Source: Blasia pusilla (taxonomy: Eukaryota). Taken from it: a stretch of DNA of 64,000 nt. Shown in pieces: positions 11,953 to 25,941 of this stretch. The notes under the pieces were generated by a model. The model saw nothing but the letters and a program-made list of their open reading frames with translations, had not been told where the DNA came from and made no database searches. The position numbers and the translations under genes were made by a program. The stretch's first letter is position 1, and each line of letters begins with the position of its first letter. The stretch is from contig CM114271.1 of NCBI GenBank assembly GCA_050084515.1, positions 13,144,001 through 13,208,000 of the forward strand, written 5' to 3'.

Positions 11953-13994
11953 ATGGGATCTTTCCGAAGCTCGATTTCGGTATTTCTCTTGTCGCTCTTC
12001 GTGGCGCCTCTAGCGTGCTCTAAAACAATCACAGTGCAACTCGACTGTCGAATGCTACCTGTGGAGGAATGCGCGTTTGCCGTTGATTCTCATGGAAACA
12101 GATGCGTGCTAGAGCGGTTCTTGGGAAACACCGACTACGTATGCCAGGTATTGTGAGGCTCTTTCCCCCGGTCCAGAGGTAGATGGGAGGACTCTCTCCA
12201 TCTGAGCGTGTACATGGCGGTACGATGTAGCTGCCATTACGAGATACCCCCAAAGCGGTAGTGAGCTCAGTAAACGGCTTGCATCAGAAGGCGATCCGAG
12301 TCCAGAGATGTGACCTGCACTACGTGTGCACGAAAGGCCAAATGCCTGGTAAATGAAAAGTGGTCGCCTGCATCCGCTGAAAATGTGCAGATGTACATGG
12401 AAGGAATCTTATAGGCTAATAACCTCTACATGTACTTCAAATCAAAATAATCCATCCGTTCCGCCCCCTCCCCCCCCCCTTCCACGCAATTCATTCTCTT
12501 GCTAGATGTCGAAGGGATTCGTTGTATTCTTTTGTTGCTCAAGGTCAGGTTCTTAATTACCCCTGCTCCAGCCAGTGATTGCCATTATCTGATCAGTTTT
12601 CTTCCAATAAATAGTTTTGGAGTTCTAGTGTTGAAGCGGATGGAACGTTTAACTGGCTACATGTACTGGTTGGTGTGTTCTGCAGACCTCGGACATTGCG
12701 GTAGGAGACGGCAGTCCGGTTGAATACATCGAGACGGACGAGTGCATCAAAGCTTGTGGTGTTGAGAAGATGACGGTGGGATTCTCGACGGATTTGTTTA
12801 CCTCGATCACCTCCACCAGCAAGTTGTGCTCTATTGAGTGTGAAACGGGATGCGCTAACCTCGTGGACCTGTTCAGCAACATGGTCGCTGGAGAAGGTAT
12901 GTTCCTTCACTTTCTCGGGAATCAAATCCTATCGAAATTTGCTGCACTGCTCTACCATACTTCATTCCCACAGGTATGGGCGCCGGAAGAGTTTCAAGTT
13001 GTCATGCAACCCTTCATTTTCATCTCTATCTCGTGCAATAAGCTGAACGACTCGGGCAACCTCTTTCCAGTCTAAGGAAAGTTAATAAGCCTTTCCACTA
13101 AGATCCGTAGAGCACAGTATAAGTGGGATGGTTTCGAAACTCAACATCAGGTCAGCTACGAATTGAAGTCTCAAATAGGATCGGAAAATTTTGTCTCCAT
13201 TTAGTTGGGTCGTGACAGATAGGAGAATGAACCGTTTCACACTCCTGGTAAGGAGTGTGAAACGGTTCATTTCTCGACTTTCTCACGGAAAGTCATGGTG
13301 GTCCGAGCTGTTAATCTTAGATTATAATCTAGAGGTGATCAATCTTGGATTACAATCTATTTCTCACGAAGGAGATTGACGGAGAGCCTTTTTCACACGG
13401 AACGTTTGAACATGTTTGCTCCCCGATGGGCCCGTTCCCGTGTTCGCGATCAAGTATAAACAGGCAACCCTTGAAACTCTCAAATGAGCTGGATGAGAAA
13501 ATAAGCTCTTTTGAAAATAATAGAAGCCGCGAAAGGTGGGACATGCAACGTTGTAAGCTCCATACAATTCATAATACCTTGCGGTGGAACCATTCCTTGA
13601 CTAGTTTCCTTGGGTTTGCAACTCTTTATTACGCTGAGTATTAGCCACATTAGACTTTGTAAACTAAGCTGTAGTGCAGCACTAGATCTTCTTAAAGTCG
13701 AGATCAAAATTCCGGGAGTTTGATCAAAAAAACGTTTCCCTAGTACTAGTTTCACACTCGCCGCCACGGAGAGATCTAAATCTCGAAATCTAGCAGTTGT
13801 CGTAATGACTACTTAAGATGGTGCGAAGAGCGACGGTTTCTCACCACTTTTTTGATTGACCCGGTGGCCGCATGTTGTCACATTCAGGTGCTACCCTTGC
13901 AGAAAAATGTATCGAGCACAGGCGGAGTTTGTTGACCAGAGTCTCAGATGAAGAGAGTATTGCTCCAACCCCGCAGAGATGGTTCCTTTCGTAG
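11953..13994 (+). CDS. PAR1: PAR1-family (photoassimilate-responsive) secreted Cys-rich protein, ~170 aa; exons 11953-12147, 12686-12896, 13888-13994
   Basis: Signal-peptide-like N-terminus, then CRMLPVEECAFAVDSHGNRCVLE...YVCQTS...IETDECIKACGV...KLCSIECETGCANLVDLFSNMVAGEG. GT-AG introns keep the frame. Exon 3 (GATLAEKCIEHRRS...WFLS*) is less certain. Confidence 0.88.
13226..13271. repeat. Perfect 21-bp inverted repeat with a 4-nt loop in PAR1 intron 2
   Basis: AATGAACCGTTTCACACTCCT-GGTA-AGGAGTGTGAAACGGTTCATT. Confidence 0.95.
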
Positions 13995-15422
13995 GTTTAA
14001 TCAGGTTAGTGACATGGGCGTTACAAGTGGTGGACCATTTCCGATGGATACGTTTAAGTCTTACTATTTTAGGAAAAGGAGGTGAAAGATACGGGGTAAT
14101 TTCGAGGTAGCTAGTATATAAAAGTGCTATTTTCTTCTTGCTAAGGTGATCACAAAATTTCTCTAAACGAGATCCTTGTTTGTGGCTGAGCAAGTCATGG
14201 AGGAAAGGTTGTAGTGAAACAGTAGAAAGAAGCAAGAAAGAACTTTAGAGATTTCGATTCGCATTGTATATTGCCGGGTGTCTTTCCGATTATGGTGTAA
14301 GAGCCAATTCGTGCATTCCTTTCCTTTTCACTCCATTTCTTTGTGTCCTTTCCATATCGTTTTCCTTGCATCTATAGAGAGGAGATTATTATTTACTCGT
14401 TAGTAGACAATCTTGTAGCTGCAATGAATATGGCCTCATTGTCCATAAACGAGCAACATACCAATCCGCTGGATAAAAAATCCTATAGTATATGGGTTTT
14501 TGTCATGTAATATCTTTTGTGCTTGTGAATTTTTTTTTAAAGCTTATTACAGGTCTTGAATATGGGAAGGACATGACTTGTGGGATCGGAAAAAAGTGGA
14601 ATTGTGGGTATTGCTATGTAGATGTATCTTCCATGAATAGAAATCTTAGAGTTACGTGGTAAAGTTGTTGATTATGGAGGAGAGGTGTAAAGTTGGGCAA
14701 TTTTTGTTATCGTGCTACTTATATTAATCCATCTTATACCATTGTGCCATCATGTACGCTCGAACAAAATTTTGCATCTGTACTTTTATTAGAAACCCTA
14801 TATGCACAATAAGACAAAATAGTAAGAAACTTGCAATTCTATCCCTTAAATCAAACTTGGTATTTTGAGTGATATAAAGCTGCCTTTCATTGTCCACTCA
14901 ACAATACCATATTTTTTGGAATTCCTCGGTAAAGCTCTAACAAGGAAGCAACCACAAAGGATTTTGTAAAGTCCTTGCTCTTGCAAGCTGAAGGAAAGAG
15001 AAAAGAAAAGGATGAGAGAGGAAAAAGAAAAGTAGATCTTTCGGTGTAGTACCTCACGTCATTCAATCTTAAGGAAGATTTGTCCCCAAATTTGCAAACA
15101 AGGGGATAGGTAATAGACATGCTCTTTTATTAGTTGAAGAGCACTTTTGAGGCATATGGAGAGGAGCAATTTGAAGAGCGAGAAGGAATATTCGAAGGCA
15201 AAGAAGGATGGTAATACTTGAACAAAAACAATAATAGTTTTATCCACAAGATCTTTGCACTTAAGAAGTCGTAAACTCTAGTTCGTTTTGTCTATATTGA
15301 TAATGTTGCTAAGTTATAATATATTCAACTAGATTTGTCAAAAGCCCTAATTTTGACAAGGATCTCTTTAGGCATCTAGGGGGGAAAATTAATATGTAGA
15401 AGAAGACTCTCGTGGTTTGGCA

Positions 15423-15677
15423 AGATGCATATTTTTGTGTTCAACTTGAGGGGAAAATGTGTGACAACCATCAAGAATGCCCATTGGTTCATGAGGCATG
15501 AAAAAATTCACTCTCTCTATGGCTACTTTACCTATGAGTGCTTAATTATGAGATGCATATTTTTGTGTTCAACTTGAGGGGAAAATGTTTGACAACCATC
15601 AAGAATGCCCATTGGTCATGAGGCATGAAAAAATTCACTCTCTCTATGGCTACTTTACCTATGAGTGCTTAATTATG
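15423..15677. repeat. Near-perfect ~128-bp tandem duplication
   Basis: AGATGCATATTTTTGTGTTCAAC...GTGCTTAATTATG occurs twice back to back with about 2 differences. Confidence 0.92.
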
Positions 15678-16789
15678 AGTTTGACTCGGATGGGAGGATG
15701 TCACAAATAGCTAAGTCTTGGAATGACATAGAAGTACAAATCTGGGAAGAAGGTCATGATTAGCTATCAAAGAAGGATTAACTTAGTTGTATTAGTAATA
15801 CAGAACCAAGACTAGTTAATTGGAAAGCTAGGGAAGTGGAAAATCATGAGACAAATCTCATTGTGTGGAGCAATTGCAGAGAAAGCTCCCATAGAAAACT
15901 TAAGATAGGAGAAACATTTTAAAAACAATTCTTGAGCTAATAGGGCAGAAAAATAGGCATGGGCTAAGACTAGTCAAGATGTGTATACACATTGAGACAA
16001 ATTTTGGGGGGAAAGGCATGGAATCACAAGCATGAACTAAAGGTGATCCACAACATGCAAAACATCCTTGAGGCTAGTTCATAAATGAGGGTGAGAAACT
16101 TGGTAATCTGGATTAGTCGAGCTGGTCGATATTGCCAAGTGCCATGCGCATATACATTGCTACACAACATGCATCGTTGTCACCATCCATGTATGATTGC
16201 ACACATTTTTAACATTATATACCATACCCACTCATGACATCTACACACATAGAATATTTTCTGCAAAAATATTTCCAACTAATCCAAGTCATAACAAAAC
16301 TCTATTGTCTCGTAGAAGAAGTTTCATCAAAGAAAAAATGAACTCTCGAACTCACTCTCCTTCAGCAAATCCATTCCTTCTCCCCAAACTCTCTCCTTGG
16401 TGATGTGTCGTAGAGTTTGAGCTTTGTAGGTGGAAGTCTTGGGTTGAGTCTCAAAGACTCAATGGGTTGCACATTCTAAAGGTAGTTGAGGAGCCGCCAA
16501 GCCCTAATCAGTTCAAGTCTCCTCGAGTGCGTACTATCTTCCTAAGAAACCTCTTACCCAAGGCTTGACCAATCTCCTAAATTTGCTTGCCTATACCAAA
16601 GCACGTTCATTAATCCCTCAAGATGGGTCCCAAGTGGTTCCTTAGCTCAAATCTAAAACACAGCCAAACACGCATCACTTTTAGTTCCTTATTCATACAC
16701 TTAAGTCTGTAGGGAGGGTGATTGTTCCCCCTATAGGTTCTTCTAGGGTTTCCTATCAAAACCCTACCCTCCATATTTCCCCCCTTGGA

Positions 16790-17069
16790 GCCCGTACCTG
16801 CCTGCCCACAGCCTACCCCCAATCAGCCTTGAGCTGAGCGCTGCCGCCCTCGACCGCACTTTGCCCACCTCAAGCCCGCACATACGCGCTTAGAGCCCCG
16901 ACTGCCCACCCAGGGCTCGTGTGCGCTTCTAGCCTAGCCACGCGTGCTTGCCTTAAGCTTGCCATGCGGGCCATGCAACGAGTACGGTCTCCGTCAGCCC
17001 GGGTCTAGGTGGCGGGCCCGGGTGCGGGCCGGGCATGTCAGAGGACATGTTCGTTTCTGTGCAACCTTG
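16790..17069. mobile_element. GC-rich right end of the GTGCAACCTTG (hAT-like) family
   Basis: GCCCG-rich tract ending GGACATGTTCGTTTCTGTGCAACCTTG, as at 5547 and 5871. Confidence 0.5.
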
Positions 17070-17072
17070 ATA

Positions 17073-18340
17073 GTAGTAAGATGCCCGTGCGATGCACGCG
17101 AAAAAAAAATGTTTGAAGAGCTTTTGTTAGTGTTTAGTCAGTGAAGGGAAGGGATTAATGATGCTTCACACAAATTTTATTTCATCCAAGTATTTCTTCA
17201 TACACTACATTTTGTGTGTAGTTACCTTCCTTATTTGAATATTCATCACTTCTAATGGTAATGTGGATAGAACTTTTCTTCCCTACTCTAGATAATGCTA
17301 GGTAAAATTGACCATGAGAAAATACGGGAGTAGGAAAGTAAATGCCAACCTTTGACCTTGTGATTTATTAATAGTCATAGCAAAAGCGGGCCGAATAGGG
17401 AATTGAAACCTACATAAATCAAATGGGAAACCATAATCCGATGCAATCGATTGGGATACGTAGAATAAAAACTCGATCTCCAACATTCTTCCTTGTGAGG
17501 ATTTCACCATCTATTCAATGTTGCATAAATCCACAAATCACCAATCTAGTCCCTTTTGCCTATCCATGTGACCCATTCATATTTTGTAAGAGCATCGTTT
17601 GTGTTTGAAGATTGGTGCTTCTATCTTCAAACACAAACGATGAGGAGGTAGTTCAAAAGGCAAGCATGTATTCAAAAATTCAGTTGGATAGATATAACTC
17701 ATCCTCTTATTTGGAATAGAGTCGACGTTAAGATAAACATGCTCTTGTACACAATATGTAATGATTTGGTGAGAAAAAAAATAATATCAGTACAAAAACT
17801 TCCCAAGTACTATATTTGAATAAGAAAATATTTTAAGGTTTAAAAGGATTACCTATCTACGAAATTGAGACATAACAGTTCCATTTATGTCATCAACATC
17901 TCTATTTCTTGGAGTCAAAATAGTTGTATCTCTCAAGAAACCAATGTCATGGAATTGGCCAGGAGAATTGCCATAGATCAAATCAATAAGATCGCATATC
18001 TTATTACTATTAGTAACAAATTTCGAATGGCAATCATATAACGTCTTCTCCCAAATGAGTGTGGAAAGGTGCCCGACCCTCCCCCACTTCCAATAACCAA
18101 TCAAAAAAAGCTTGTATTCAACACGCAAATGACATTCCAACCTTTGAACTTGCATGTTTGTTGTCAACTTCATGACCTTTACATTAGACCAGAAAGATGA
18201 TCCCTTTATGGTGGCTTGGATGATTTTCGACCGATCCATGACGAACTACATGCAACACTTGACGAAAGTCACCACCAAATACCATAAGTTTTCTGCCAAA
18301 TGGTAAGTGCCGTAGTGCATCAGAAACAACTCCCATAATT
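17073..18340 (-). mobile_element. Helitron 3' remnant with degenerate PIF1-like helicase
   Basis: The minus strand encodes LPFGRKLMVFGGDFRQV, SFWSNVKVMKLTTNMQ, ILTPRNRDVDDIN and RFQFPIRPAFAMTINKSQGQ. The 3' hairpin CGTGCATCGCACG is followed by GGCATCTTACTAC (decayed CTAG). Confidence 0.88.
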
Positions 18341-19639
18341 TATTTACATATATATATAAGTCGTATGTAAGGGATCGATGCATGTAGAAGGAAGAATCCC
18401 TCCAAAAAAAGGTCAAATTGGACATACAAGCTCTTAATCTTTTTGGTTCATGGCTTTGTCTTTTCGAGCGTTTTCACGCTCATTGTCATATATTTTATAA
18501 CCAAAAATTCTTCTCTTGAAAAAAATTGTAGCATACTATGTTTCTATTAATTGGCATAACTTTTCTACGACATGTAATGTCTAAGTTGTCTTGATCAATT
18601 CCAAATCACACCCATGGAACAAGGATCCATCTTCGCTCATTCGCTTTGATGCTAATATCACGAAGCATTAAGACTATTATGACAAGAGAAAGTGGTGCAA
18701 GGTTTCAAAAGGAAGATGGTGACACATCTCCCATAATCCTAATTATTTTTAAAGTGGTGAATACTGAATTAGGCTTTTCTTTTAGTTTTCACAAAAATCA
18801 TATGGGTATACTCTTTATCTCTTAAGGGGATGAAAGTTTTTCTTTGGCCCATAGAGTAGATATTATGTTGTCCAAATGAATTTATTCCTTCAAGTCTAAG
18901 TTGGAGTGAGTCACTTGGGAAATCAGTATGTGGCCTGGTTTTTTTAGAAAGTAGGTTGATGGAGAGGGAAATTAATACAAAACTAGATAGAAACTACTAA
19001 TACGGAGTGGAGAGAGTCCGAATGACATTCAATTCCGCTCACATCTCGATTCAATCCTTTGGCTAAGCAAGTTTAAGGGGATAACTTGCATTTTGCACTT
19101 TTTGTAGTTTGAATGGAGTTAGCACCAAGAGATGAACAAAAAACATGGGAGTAGGAGAATAGTATAATAAGGCCTAGTAGTAGGGTTTCTGACTATAGAG
19201 AAAGTTAAAGGTAGTTTTCTAGAAACCCTTGTGATTTAGCAATCGTATTTCTTTTGCTCTTCGTGATTGGGCTAGAGCATGTAATACACGAAGTCAATAA
19301 GTATTTCCTTTGTGCTTCTAAATTAGGTTTGCAAGGAAAAGACACCTTAATGTGTGTCGCCTCAAGTTTTCAATACATTGTATATAACAACACATGACAT
19401 TTTTCATTCCCAAAAATAGACATTCATTTTGAGGCGCACACAATATTCTAGATTATAATTTCCATATATAGAAACATGAACCAAATTTATATCTCGCTTG
19501 GAACATATAAATAACCAAAGGAATTTAAAGTCAAAGACAATGAATATGAGAAGAGTGTGCAATGCCTTAAAATTTTCTTTATTGTACATGATAGTAAATT
19601 GAAATCTACTTAATATTATCAATGAAAAGTATTGAGAAA

Positions 19640-19850
19640 TCTATATTATTATGGGAGAGAGCCTTCTTGATTTGCAAACACTTCTCTGCTTGATACGTGG
19701 CAAATGGGCAACAAGAAAATATTTCCCATACTACGGGCACCATGAAAAAAATTGAATTTATGTGCAGCATCATTAATCTCTTCTGTTCACCGTCTTTACA
19801 CTAGGTCTTAAAACACTTTTTTATTTTGCGTGCATCGCACGGGCACCTTA
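19640..19850 (+). mobile_element. Non-autonomous mini-Helitron, unit 1 of a tandem array
   Basis: 5' A|TCTATATTATTATGGGAGAG. The 3' hairpin CGTGCATCGCACG-GGCACCTTA is shared with the helicase-bearing remnant at 17073. Confidence 0.8.
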
Positions 19851-20330
19851 CACTAGAAGAAAAATGTCACTTTTATGAATGTAGACCTAATGACTACATG
19901 TTTTAATATGACTCGATTGTGAGTGAACTAGTCATGATATGCACTATTAGTCAAAAGTAGTCGTTTGTCTAATCATATTTAGTCATAATAAAGTTTTCTA
20001 AGTCTCTCTAAAAAATGACTAGAAACTTTGAGTCACAAAATAATGTTATGACAACAGAAGTTCCACGTGGACAAGACCAAAGTCTTATGAACTTGGCGCC
20101 AGAATGTAAGTGGTGAATCTCGGGAAGAGAGAAGTAGGCATCAGGGTACGTAGGCGCGCGTTGCAGCAAACTGAACTCCTTGTGTGGCCGGTTTTGTGTG
20201 TGGTCGGGTGAAGGGTTTCATCTATCTTTAAGGTGTGTGAAGATACGGATTGCGAAAGAAGATTGAGGAAGGGAAAGAGAGTGAGTGAAGGCGTGAAGAG
20301 GAAGGAGAACACAAGCTTGTAGGAGGCTGG

Positions 20331-20491
<161 letters not shown>

Positions 20492-20499
20492 TGTTCATA

Positions 20500-23400
20500 G
20501 ATCCCGTGTCCTAGTTAGATAGTGCTTGAGACTAGGAAGGATGTAGAGAGAGGGTTTACACAATCTCCAACATCTACTTTACCTGATTGGGATACTGAAT
20601 GTGTTGAACAATTTTGATGGATCAGCAATATGAGTATTTGTTCTTGTGTAGGAATATCAAGTAGTGTTATTGGTATGTTTGTTGTGAATTTAGTGCAGGG
20701 TCTTTGTATTGTGAATTTAGTACAAGAGACCAAGGAAAATAGAGGGCATATACCCATTCAATAGTGCTTGTTATAAAGCATCCTAGACACTAGGATCTGG
20801 TTCAACAATTCCTTAAGAATAGGATAAGTACACAGAGAGGAAGAAGTGGAGATGGGTATGTAATGAATCTAGGCTATTGAATGTGTAGAACAGTTCTGGT
20901 GGTAACAACAGAGCAAGATCAACATATGCTTTTGTTTGATGTGGACAAAGTTCTTACAGAAGACCAAGACAGTTTTTTATTTGTTGTGTTCCCATCCTGG
21001 TTTTCTTATGGTTAAAGGGTTTATTTTTGGTGCCCCCATCTTAAACTTGAACTTCTGTTAGCTTTATCCCCAGAAGCAAATTTTCAGCTTAGTTTGATTA
21101 TGGTATCCACAAAAATTTTTCATCTTGTTCCCACAGTTCAGGTTTTTGTAGAGGGCCTTGTTCAATCTCTTGAATCTTTGTTCAAAGATGTAGCATGCTT
21201 CTGGTTTTGGTCTTACCAACTTTGCTCTATCAGGATATGCTCATGCTGTGTGTGTTCTGAAATATATGCAAGAGATCAGGAGAAAGAGAGGCTGAACTCA
21301 TAAAGTAGTGTTTGTCATAGTTGGATGTAGCTTGCTTCTGATTTTGTAGGAACCAACTTAGCTATATCAACATATGCTCCTGCTGTGTGTGTTCTGAATT
21401 ATATGCAAGAAATCAAGAGAAAGAGAGGCTGAACTCATAAAGTAGTGTTTGTCATAGTTGGATGTAGCCTGCTTCTGATTTTGCTTAGAAATTAATCTAG
21501 GCTCTAAATATCTTGAACACTTTTGGTGGATTTGTACTCATTTGTTCAGTTAGTGTCACTCAATTGTGCCTATCAGTAAATGTAACTCAACGCCTGTATG
21601 TGTGTTTTGTGTTTTGTGTGTGTGTGCTTCCTCCAGGCTGTTTTGTTGTAAGTGTATACCTATTGCTTTGGTTATGGTATGCAGGATTTTTTTTCCCATT
21701 CAGGTTAAACAATTCAAGTCCTATAGGGAGCTTGGTTGCTTATACAATTACACATTGTTGGTCTAGATAGAGAGGTTGTACTCATTGAGTACTGCATGTT
21801 GTAGCCTTGCGACCATAGACTCCGTATCTCGGGAATACAATGCTTGAGACTTGGATGGTTGTAGAGATAGGTAGAAGTGAAGAAAGTACCATATAAGAGG
21901 AGGGAGACACTATCATATAGTGTGAGTGCTAACCATAAAATCGTAACATGTCGTTGCGGAGCTTCCAAGTATCAACCATAAAGGTCTATACCACCCTATC
22001 TACTTTACCTGATTGGGATTCCCAATAAACAATACTTACCAGTACATAAGCTTAGGGCAATGAATCTAGTTGGGCTACTGTGTATGTTGAACATTTCTGG
22101 TGTTACAAGTTTAGCTTACCAAAGAGAGAAAATGTACTCAATAGTTAATTAGGTAATGCATGTCGTAGCCTTGTGACCTTAGACCTTGCGCCCTGGTTGG
22201 AGAGTGTTGTGACTGGGATGGGAATAGAGAGAGGAAGAATTCATGAATAGAAGCAGGACATTCTCATATAGTGTGAGGGCTGACCATACATCATGTTGGT
22301 GAAGAGCTCTCAAGTCTCAACCAGGAAGCTCTTCACCATCCCATCTACTTGTCTTGGTTGGGATCCCCAACAAATATTGCTTACCAGTGCAACAACTTTG
22401 GTCAATGAATCTAGGCTACTAAATGTGTTGAATATTTTTGGGTGTTACCAGCTTACCAGAGACTGTACTCATTAAGTAGTGCATGTCGTAGCCTTGCGAC
22501 CATAGACCATGCGCCTTGGTTGGACATGAGAGAGATTACTCCTCAAGTAATAAGAACCATATACTTCAATTGATTGGGATTCCCTAGAAACATTACTTAC
22601 TAGTGCAACAACTTTGGGCAATGAATCTAGGCTAGTGAATATGTTGAAAAATTCAGGCATTACTAGCTTAGCAATATCATCATAAGCTCTTGGTCTGTGT
22701 CTTGTTAACTTTGTAATCAGTTATTTTGTTCTACAAGATTGGGATATAGCGTAAAGGCAGAGAGCTCAATGATTTTCATGGCTTTCTCGGTGTTGTTCAG
22801 CTGTATCAATTTGCTGACTGCTTTGATTATGGTTTCCACAAATGCTTTATCATTTTCTTCTCTAATACATGCCATGTAGGGTTGGCTCACATTACTCACC
22901 ATAGTAGAATATTTGGGCAATGAATGTTGGAAACAGATATTCCGTGCCAAACTATTTAGTTATTAGCAACTTAGAATGAGAATCATATGCTCTTACTCTA
23001 TGTGTTGTCTCTTTGTGCAAGAGACCGCGCAGTGACTAGAGCTTTCATCCCTGTCGTTATAGAAGTCCATAGAGGTTAGGAATTGCCCTGGTCCTAATCT
23101 TGAACTTAAGCTGGATTCCCAAGAAATACTTTCTTGGAAAATAGTCGTTGATTCTTGCTTGTTCAGGATCTAGATCTGTCCACCCCATGTACAAGTCCTG
23201 ATTGGAATCCACATAAGCATTGCTTACCACTGTAGCAACTTTGGGCATTCGATAAAGGATAACAAAATGTGTTGAAAAATATTAGTGTTACCCACTCTGC
23301 AATAGCAAAGTATGGGAGTCCTCTGTGTATTCTGAATTTAGTGGTGCCTGTTGTAGTCTCCGGCCATAGACCTTGGATGGATGGTGCTTGAGACATGGAT

Positions 23401-25268
23401 GGACCAAAGACCTCGCACCCTGGTTGGACGGTGCTTGATACTGGGATGGGTGTAGAGAGAGAAACAAGTGAAGAAGATGCCTCTTGAGAGGAGGGATACA
23501 CTCTATATAGTGTGAGTGCTGACCAAACAATGTGTTGGTGCGGAGCTTCCAAGTGTCTACCAAGAAACTCTTCACCACACTATCTACTTTACCTGATTGG
23601 GATCCCCAATAGACATTACTTACCAGTGCTGCAGCTTTGGGCAATGAATCAAGGCTATTGAATGTGTTGAACAATTCCGGTGTCATCAGCCTAGCAATAT
23701 TAGCATGTGCTCTTGCTCTGTGTGTTGTGAATTTTGAGCAGGAGACCATGTAATGACTTGAGGTTTCATCCCCATCGTCACATAAGGTGCAAGAGTTTAG
23801 TTGTGTTCCCATCTTGCTTTTCTCATGGTTCAAGTGGATTGCCCCCATCTTGAACTTGAACTTGAGCTAACAGACTGTACTCATTAAGAAGTGCCTGTTG
23901 TAGCCTTGTGACCATATGTGAGGAGGAAAACACTCTAATATAGTGTGAGTGTTGACCAAACAACGTGTCGGTGAGGAGCTTCCAAGTGTCTACCAAGAAA
24001 CTCTTCACCACACTATCTACTTTACCTGATTGGGATCCCCAATAGACATTACTTACCAGTGCCGCAACTTTGGGCAATGAATCAAGGCTATTGAATGTGT
24101 TGAATAATTCTGGTGTTACCAACTTAGCGATATCATCTTATGCTCTTGCTTTGTGTGATGTGAATTTTGCGTAGGAGACCAAGTAATGACTAGAGGTTTC
24201 ATCTCGATTGTCACACAAGGCACAAGAGTTTAGTTGTGTTCCCATCCAGAGAGAGAGATTGTACTCATTAAGTAGTGCATGTCGTAGCCTTGCGACAGTA
24301 GACCCCGCGCCCTGGTTGGACGATGCTTGAGACTGGGATGGGTGTAGAGAGAGGAAAAAGTGAAGAAGGTACCATAGGAGAGGAGGGAGGCACTCTCATA
24401 TAGTGTGAGTGGTGACCAAACAACGTGGTGGTGCGGAGCTTCCAAGTGCCAACCAAGAAACCCTTCATCACACTATCTACTTTACCTGATTGGGATCCCC
24501 AATAGACATTACGTACCAATGCATCAACTTTGGGCAATGAATCAAGGCTACTGAATGTGTTGAACAATTATAGTGATACCAACTTAGCAATATCAACATA
24601 TGCTCTTGCTCTGTGTGTTGTAAATTTTGAGCAAGAGACCAAGTAATGACTTGAGGTTTCATCCCCATCTTCACTTGTTCCTCTCTCTACACCCATCCCA
24701 GTCTCAAGCACCGTCCAACCAGGGCACGGTGTCTACTATTGTAAGGCTACGACAGACACTACTTAATGAATACACACACACACACTCTCTCTCTTTACTA
24801 TTGAGAGTGTCTCCTTCCTCTCATATGGTACCTTCTTCACTTTCTCCTCTCTCTATACCCATGCTAGTCTCAAGCACCGTCCAACCAGGGTGTGGGGTCT
24901 ATGGTCGTAAGGCTATGACATGCACTACTTAATGAGTACAATCTCTATCCACTTTCCAGCTAGTGCACAGGATGAATGGTTTCAATATATATACTCGTGC
25001 TTTTGCTACATAATGAAAGTATGCTTGATCCAACGACATACTACTCAACAATAGGAGACTACAATTCAAGACAAGGCTTTGAGGATCTAATGTAAGAAAG
25101 TAGGCCAATGACGCGAGTGAAAAATCGAGAAGATTAATCAGAGTCCCAGATTGTACATTTCCCTACATCCTTACACTTGATCCTCCAAGTCGCCTTGTGA
25201 AATGGCGAGAAGATCTCAAGTACCAATACTTGGAGAGAGAGAGACTGTACTCATTAAGTTGTATTTGT
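20500..25268 (-). mobile_element. Cluster of many 5'-truncated 3' ends of one non-LTR retrotransposon family
   Basis: Repeated fragments encode KFKMGAIHLNHEK...CTLCDDGDETSSHYMVSCSKF (ORF2 C-terminal CCHC knuckle)...SLPKVAALVSNVYWGSQSGKVD...WKLR. The repeated 3' terminus ...CAAGGCTACGACATGCACTACTTAATGAGTAC is often followed by (TC)n. Confidence 0.75.
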
Positions 25269-25919
25269 TGTCACGTCTTTTAGGATAGATCGGCGAGATC
25301 TAGTTGAGCGCCTTTGCAAGTAGTGGAGGACAGACTCAAGAGGTTGAGGATGACCTACTAAGGCCCCTAGAAACCTGAGGGAGCTTGTTTCCCCTTCGTT
25401 TTGGCTCATTTGGAACCATATTGAGGAACTTACTATTTTAGGTAAGTATCGTTTTGAGTATATGGTCGACTTTATATTTTTGGTAAGTGGCCCTTGACCT
25501 CCTACATTAGGTCAAGAGCCAAGGAGGTAACTTGAGAGCATAGGTTACCATGGAGAGAACTTGGGAGAGGGGAGGGGTACCCTCAAGGAGAGAGAGCTTG
25601 AGAGCTCATTCTCTCTTTGTTGTACCTCTTGGGTTTAGGGTCATCAGGCGGCGGAACTATGGTTTTGCTTGCCTTGTGTGTGTAACCCAAGCCTCTAATT
25701 AGGAGAGTGGGTTTGGTTTGATATTGAGAGAGACATGTGAGAGTGCATACATTTGAGAGCTTTGGTGTTGCGAGAGATTGGATCTTGATTTATTGGAGAT
25801 ATTTTGGTACTTCTTATCTCGTTATTTGGATGCCATGAGTTAGCATGGGATCGTGCTTGTTTGTGTGTGTGTTCGGTGACAACAATGTATGTTGTGTAGC
25901 GATTTGTATGTTTATGATA
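25269..25919 (+). mobile_element. Long-type (~650 bp) solo LTR related to the PHD-Gypsy LTR
   Basis: TGTCACG start. Aligns with the reverse complement of 59186-59831, and the last ~130 bp match the short LTR at 52996-53124. Confidence 0.75.
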
Positions 25920-25939
25920 TTTTCAAGAGATTAAGTACT

Positions 25940-25941
<2 letters not shown>

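Noticed and set aside
14880-16100. Purine-rich stretch resembling decayed retroelement coding sequence
   Set aside because: No diagnostic motif could be read in any frame.
18331-18340. Possible Helitron 5' end (ATTATGGGAG on the minus strand)
   Set aside because: It reads in frame as IMGVVSD leading into the helicase FGGDFRQ motif and lacks the TCTAT start, so it is probably coincidental.
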